A DNA stretch of 42,844 bases from assembly GCA_027604505.1 (NCBI GenBank), contig JADIIX010000164.1, positions 1-42,844 on the forward strand. The letters run 5' to 3'. Below, one piece after another: positions 41,474-42,844 of this stretch (position 1 is its first letter; the number at the start of each line of letters is the position of its first letter). The stretch is from Gonapodya sp. JEL0774 (lineage: Eukaryota). A program made the position numbers and the translations under genes. Under the pieces are notes generated by a model that saw only the letters and a program-made list of their open reading frames with translations, did not search any database and was not told where the DNA came from.

Positions 41474-42844
41474 ATGCCCCCCGCTTCCCACCTCGCAATC
41501 CTCCTATTGGTCCTCCTCGTGTCCCTCACACGCGCGACCCTCGTGCCGCAGGCCGAGTATCCGTCCCACCCAAACTGTCTCGCTTCGGCCATCCTCCCTG
41601 CTCACGAGATGGCCATCGTGAAGAGGGGGGTGAGTGTGGGGACGGGAGTGTTGTTGGGGGAAGGACTGCTGACCGATCGTACCCTCTTCCACCACACTTC
41701 CCACCACTTCCGCACCCGATCCCCTCTGCATAGTGGTCCTACGATGGCAAAACCGGCCCGCTCAAATGGGGATCTTTGGATCCAAACTACACGATGTGCT
41801 CTTCAGGGCACCGGCAGAGGTGGGTCCACACCGACCGGTGAAGATGTATTTTATCATGTGTTGGCAAGGTGCTGATCTGTGGTTCGACGCTTGATCGGGA
41901 TCGGTCGATGGTATGGTGTGGATTGGATACCCCTGACGCACACCACGGCGCGGAACACGCACACACAAATGCATACCCCGCCCCCCATTCCAGCCCGGTC
42001 AATTTTGAGATGACCGATACCCGTAAGTTCGTACAGTACAGCGCACCCCCATGGTACCGCGCAGACCTTCTCACGTACACAATGTCCACCCATTTCGCAC
42101 CTTTTGCCCCATGTAGGGACCCCCACCCTCCCCCTCGAGATACACTACCCCGAATTCTTCGACGAGGTGACGGTGGAGAATCTGGGGTACACTGTGGAAC
42201 TGTTCGCGCCGCAGAAGAGGTGAGCGGGGTTAGACGGGGATAAAGGTTGCCGCACGTTTGTGCATGAGGGTTCTGTTAATTTTGATGTTTTTTGTTTTCT
42301 TACCCCATTCCTTGTACTCTTTTTACGGAACCTGCGTCAATACAAATCGCACCCTACTCCACCCCAACCCTCCCTCGTTGCACCATCGACCCTTCCCACC
42401 GTCCCACAGAGCTTGGATCGTCCGCGACAACGTTACGTACTACCTCGTGCAGTTCCACGTACACATTCCCGCGGAGGTGAGCAAGTGTGGTGGGACTGTG
42501 CGGAGTGTGGTGGAGTGTTGATGCATCGTCTATCTCTCAACTAATCGATGGTCCGATTTCCGGCTGCTGGTTCCCACGACCTGTCATCACGGCCCGCCAC
42601 TTGACTTTCACTTACCTCTCCACTCCTTTCTCCTTCTTCCCCCTTGAATCCCACTCTGCCATCCCCCCTCTCGCCCCCACCAGCACCACCTCTCCTCCAA
42701 TGCCCACGCCGCCGAACTCCACTTTGTGCACCGTTCCGACGCGGGACAAATCCACGTGCTGGCTCTGTGGGCACGCAAGACTTCCAACAAGGCCAGGGGG
42801 TGGTGGGTGAGGATGTTTGCTAGGGAGGTGAGCAAAGGATGCGG
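41474..42844 (+). CDS. Secreted alpha-carbonic anhydrase (copy 2), truncated by the window end
   Basis: Signal peptide, WSYDGKTGPLKW, CSSGHRQSPVNF, QFHVHIPAEH and AELHFVH. Several intron positions are shared with copy 1. Confidence 0.93.

Overview
Gene-dense eukaryotic DNA, almost certainly fungal: short GT-AG introns, Zn2Cys6 factors, Yak1 and ERT1/AcuK. The intron density suggests an early-diverging, chytrid-like lineage (inference). There are two 10-N scaffold gaps (4189-4198, 20196-20205). About 1.35-7.53 kb is a CpG-depleted tandem array of apparently identical 980-bp units. Each unit is built from three diverged ~320-340-bp monomers that share a ~34-bp box with an invariant ACCTGCGGCACC core, and a possible decayed spliced gene follows the array. 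The rest is spliced genes: mitochondrial GatA (-), ECH1-type dienoyl-CoA isomerase (+), a hydroxyacid dehydrogenase/four-carbon acid sugar kinase fusion (+), TMEM135-like (+), an RS/RD- and GW-rich low-complexity protein (+), a very large protein with three Zn2Cys6-like motifs (-), ERT1/AcuK (+), Yak1 kinase (-) and two tandem secreted alpha-carbonic anhydrases (+, the second truncated). Gene coordinates are outer spans including introns, spliced by eye; several starts and ends are approximate.
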